Assembly (NCBI GenBank): GCA_963781585.1
Contig: CAWAGQ010000003.1
Location: 224,001 to 288,000 of the forward strand
Reading direction: 5' to 3'
Source of the DNA: an uncultured Gemmatimonadaceae bacterium
Lineage (GTDB): Bacteria > Gemmatimonadota > Gemmatimonadetes > Gemmatimonadales > Gemmatimonadaceae
DNA: 64,000 bases
The position numbers were made by a program, and so were the translations under genes. The notes under the pieces were generated by a model, which was given only the letters and a program-made list of their open reading frames with translations, ran no database searches and was not told where the DNA came from. Positions within the stretch are counted from its first letter, which is position 1. Each line of letters starts with the position of its first letter. Positions 61,111-64,000 of this stretch are shown here, one piece after another.

Positions 61111-61245
61111 CTAGCGCCGACCGGTAATACGACTCACCAGGAGTCGCACCGCGCCTACCACTCGCCTCCAGAACATGAGCAGAAAGCCCGCAATCGCCGC
61201 GAATGCCGAGGCGACGGGCATGAGGGAATCGGGACCGAGATACAC
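61111..61245 (-). CDS. 44-aa single-pass membrane microprotein MYLGPDSLMPVASAFAAIAGFLLMFWRRVVGAVRLLVSRITGRR
   Basis: Shorter than any ORF in the track. Strong AGAGGAG RBS, GTG start, TM helix plus basic tail, same strand as the downstream phosphodiesterase. Confidence 0.75.
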   Translation of the reverse strand: MYLGPDSLMPVASAFAAIAGFLLMFWRRVVGAVRLLVSRITGRR

Positions 61246-61342
61246 GTGTCAGCGTCTCCTCTATGTTGCCGGTCGTCGGGAGGACCGTCGATCAAGACCA
61301 CGACGAACCATCGCTTCCGACGTTTCCGGAGACAGGAACCCA

Positions 61343-61360
61343 CAAGGCAACGCTATTGCA
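61343..61360 (+). promoter_or_regulatory. Sigma-54 -24/-12 promoter for the PAPS synthase operon
   Basis: CAAGGCAACGCTATTGCA. Confidence 0.65.
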
Positions 61361-61530
61361 AGATCGGCGCGCCAACAAGGCGTGCGCGCCCGCAACGGTG
61401 CCCGCCAGCCCTCGACGCGCGTCGTTAGCGGTATCCATCCGCTATCTTAGCGCATGCGCGGCGAATGCGCTGTGTGGAAACGAGATACGATTCCGCCAAT
61501 GCCGATCCCCGAACTCTCTCAGGCAAGCCC

Positions 61531-63303
61531 ATGAGCAAAGGTGTCACAATCTGGTTTACTGGCCTATCCGGCGCGGGCAAGACGACTGTTGCCTCGCGCG
61601 TACACGAGGTATTGCAGGCCCGCCACATCCTCTCGGAGCGCCTCGATGGCGACGTGGTGCGTCAGAGCCTGACGCGTGACCTGGGCTTCTCCAAGGAGGA
61701 TCGGGACAAGAACATCGAGCGCGTGACATTCGTGGCCAAGCTCCTCACGCGGAACGGGGTGGTGGTCCTGACGGCATTCATCTCCCCCTATCGCCGCATG
61801 CGGGACAAGGCACGCGCGGAGATTGGCGACTTCCTCGAGGTCTTCGTGCAGACGCCGATGGAAGTTCTGCTCGAGCGCGACGTGAAGGGCATGTACCGAA
61901 AGGCCATGGCCGGCGAGATCGAGAACTTCACCGGCGTGAATGACCCGTACGAGGAGCCGCTCAAGCCGGATCTCGTGCTCGAGACAGCGCGCGAGACGAT
62001 CGACCAGAGCGTGGCGCGGGTGGTCCGGGTGCTGGAGGAGCGGGGTTACGTCCCGACTGCCGGCGAATCGGCTCAGGCCGTCACCACGGCCGACCGCGCG
62101 CGGAGCGTCGCAGAGAGCCGCCGGATTCCAGGCCCCAACGCACCGCACGGCGGCGTGCTGGTGGACCGCGAGCTCTCGGGCGATGCGCGCGCCGCCGCGC
62201 TCGCGCATGCGAAGGAGCTGCCCAAGCTGCTCCTGGACGAGCGCGAAACCTCGGATCTCGAGATGATCGGCGTTGGCGCACTGTCTCCGCTCACCGGCTT
62301 CATGCGCAAACTCGACTACGAAACGGTCGTCGAGACGATGCGGCTGTCGGACGGCACGGTCTGGTCGCTCCCCGTCACCAAAGCCGTGACCGCGAAGGAG
62401 GCGGCGTCGATCCGTGCCGGCGGCGAAGTGGCGCTGGTGGACGAGGAGGGATCGCCGCTGGCGGTCATGCAGGTCACCGACGTGTTCCCGTACGACAAGG
62501 AGCGCGAGGCTTCGTTGTGCTTCGGGACGACGGAGACGGCGCACCCGGGGGTGGAGCGGCTGTACCGACAGGGCGAGATGCTCATCGGGGGGCCCGTGCA
62601 GGTCCTTCGCCGGCCGCCGCATGACACGTTCGGACAGTATCGTCTCACGCCGTTGGAGACGCGCCGGCGCATGGACGAAGCGGGGTGGAAGACGGTCGTT
62701 GCGTTCCAGACGCGCAACCCCGTGCATCGCGCGCATGAGTATCTCCAGAAGGTTGCGCTGGAGACTGTCGATGGTCTGCTCCTGCATCCCCTGGTGGGGG
62801 CGACGAAGTCGGACGACGTGCCCGCCGAGGTGCGCATGCGGACGTACGAGGAAATCCTGTCCCGTTACTATCCGGCGCATCGGGTGTTGCTCTCGGTTTT
62901 CCCGGCGGCGATGCGGTACGCCGGTCCGCGCGAGGCGGTGTTCCACGCCATCTGTCGCAAGAACTACGGCTGCACGCATTTCATCGTGGGGCGCGATCAT
63001 GCGGGCGTGGGGAACTACTACGGGTCGTACGACGCCCAGGAGCTCATCGATCGGTTCCCCGCGCACGAGCTGGGAATCACGGCGATGAAGTTCGAGCACG
63101 CGTTCTTCTGCCGCATCTGTGGTAACATGGCTTCGGCCCGAACCTGTCCCCACGGACGCGAGCACCATGTGGTGCTGAGCGGGACCAGGGTGCGCGAGAT
63201 GCTGACCAACGGCGAGCTGCCGCCACCCGAGTTTTCGCGGCCGGAGGTGGCCCGCATTCTCATGGAGTCGTACCAGGAGCAGGCGTCCGCGGCGGAGCGA
63301 TGA
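61531..63303 (+). CDS. cysC-sat: Bifunctional APS kinase (N-terminal) / ATP sulfurylase (C-terminal) PAPS synthase
   Basis: WFTGLSGAGKTT, LDGD, DVKGMY and FTGVNDPYE, then PHGG, LSPLTGFM, FQTRNPVHRAH, GPREA and HFIVGRDHAG, all in one frame. Confidence 0.92.
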   Translation: MSKGVTIWFTGLSGAGKTTVASRVHEVLQARHILSERLDGDVVRQSLTRDLGFSKEDRDKNIERVTFVAKLLTRNGVVVLTAFISPYRRMRDKARAEIGDFLEVFVQTPMEVLLERDVKGMYRKAMAGEIENFTGVNDPYEEPLKPDLVLETARETIDQSVARVVRVLEERGYVPTAGESAQAVTTADRARSVAESRRIPGPNAPHGGVLVDRELSGDARAAALAHAKELPKLLLDERETSDLEMIGVGALSPLTGFMRKLDYETVVETMRLSDGTVWSLPVTKAVTAKEAASIRAGGEVALVDEEGSPLAVMQVTDVFPYDKEREASLCFGTTETAHPGVERLYRQGEMLIGGPVQVLRRPPHDTFGQYRLTPLETRRRMDEAGWKTVVAFQTRNPVHRAHEYLQKVALETVDGLLLHPLVGATKSDDVPAEVRMRTYEEILSRYYPAHRVLLSVFPAAMRYAGPREAVFHAICRKNYGCTHFIVGRDHAGVGNYYGSYDAQELIDRFPAHELGITAMKFEHAFFCRICGNMASARTCPHGREHHVVLSGTRVREMLTNGELPPPEFSRPEVARILMESYQEQASAAER

Positions 63304-64000
63304 CGGCACCGGGTTCGCACGAGCGGTTTGCCGACCTGCAGCTGCACTCGTCCGCGTCGGACGGATCGGATCAGCCGTCCGAGGTGGTGCGGCGGGCCGC
63401 CGGGCTGGGATTCGCGGCCATTGCGATCACCGATCACGACACGATGGCCGGCGTGCCGGAGGCCCGGGCCGCGGCCTCCTCGTTAGGCATCGAACTGCTG
63501 CCGGCCTGCGAGCTGTCCACGCTCGACGGCGACCGACAGGTGGATCTGCTCGCCTACGGCATTTCGCCCGACGACGCCGAGTTCGGCGCCGTGCTGGCCC
63601 AGCTGCGAGGCGGCCGCCTGGGACGGGCGCTCGGCATGGTACAATGCCTCAACGACCTTGGATACAAGGTCTCGTGGGACCGGGTGCAAGCCCTCGCCGG
63701 GAGCGAAAACGTGGGCCGCCCCCACGTGGCCCGGGCGATGGTGGAGGCGGGCGTGGTGCCCGACGTGAAATCCGCGTTCACCGACAAGTTCATCGGCGAT
63801 GGCGGTCGGTGCTACGTGCAGCGCGTGAAGATCGCGCCGCCGGAAGCCATCGCCCGGATTCACGCGGCGCAGGGCGTCGCCGTGGCTGCCCACCCCGGCC
63901 GCACCGGCCTCTCTGACCAGGACCTGTCCGTCCTGGCCGAGGCGGGGCTCGACGGGCTCGAGGTGTTCTATCCACGTCACTCCGCTGGCGAGACGGCGCG
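63300..64000 (+). CDS. PHP-domain metal-dependent phosphoesterase (TrpH/YciV-like), truncated by the window end
   Basis: Not in the ORF track. ATGA overlap with the upstream gene; DLQLHSSASDG, AITDHDT, GRPHVARAM, AAHP and GLEVFYPRH. Confidence 0.85.
   Translation, partial: MTAPGSHERFADLQLHSSASDGSDQPSEVVRRAAGLGFAAIAITDHDTMAGVPEARAAASSLGIELLPACELSTLDGDRQVDLLAYGISPDDAEFGAVLAQLRGGRLGRALGMVQCLNDLGYKVSWDRVQALAGSENVGRPHVARAMVEAGVVPDVKSAFTDKFIGDGGRCYVQRVKIAPPEAIARIHAAQGVAVAAHPGRTGLSDQDLSVLAEAGLDGLEVFYPRHSAGETA

Overview
High-GC bacterial chromosome segment. Gene content and style suggest Gemmatimonadota, but this is inference. Part 1 (1-31.0 kb) is housekeeping: GAF protein (partial), lipid kinase, tamB, an Omp85/TamA gene, REC-GGDEF, MazG-like, ferredoxin-NADP reductase-like, pduO, aroB, a sigma-70 factor, Lon-N protein, glcDEF, HAD, ygfZ, AAA+ ATPase and vWA partner, GNAT, MFS, moeB/Z, a short mutY, gltA and a Tat-signal PLP enzyme. 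Part 2 (31.1-64 kb), after a heptamer tandem repeat, is a surface-glycan locus. It holds a soluble histidine kinase, a sigma-54 activator, wzc, a wza-like gene, a priming transferase, a degenerate REC-GGDEF with an intact I-site, several glycosyltransferases, a CDP-3-C-methyl-6-deoxysugar pathway, a GT-C/lipid-linked-sugar redox module, an alkaline-phosphatase-family enzyme with an unannotated 44-aa partner, a kinase-first PAPS synthase fusion and a PHP phosphatase (partial). Most notable signals: (1) the non-palindromic motif CGTTAGG(C) occurs 16 times by manual count, in several reading frames, often using rare codons; (2) a candidate sigma-54 regulon with -24/-12 promoters and a repeated YGYNG-N8-CNACR enhancer motif; (3) the animal-order CysC-Sat fusion. 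No rRNA, tRNA, CRISPR array or transposase was seen. All calls come from reading motifs by eye; no database searches were run.
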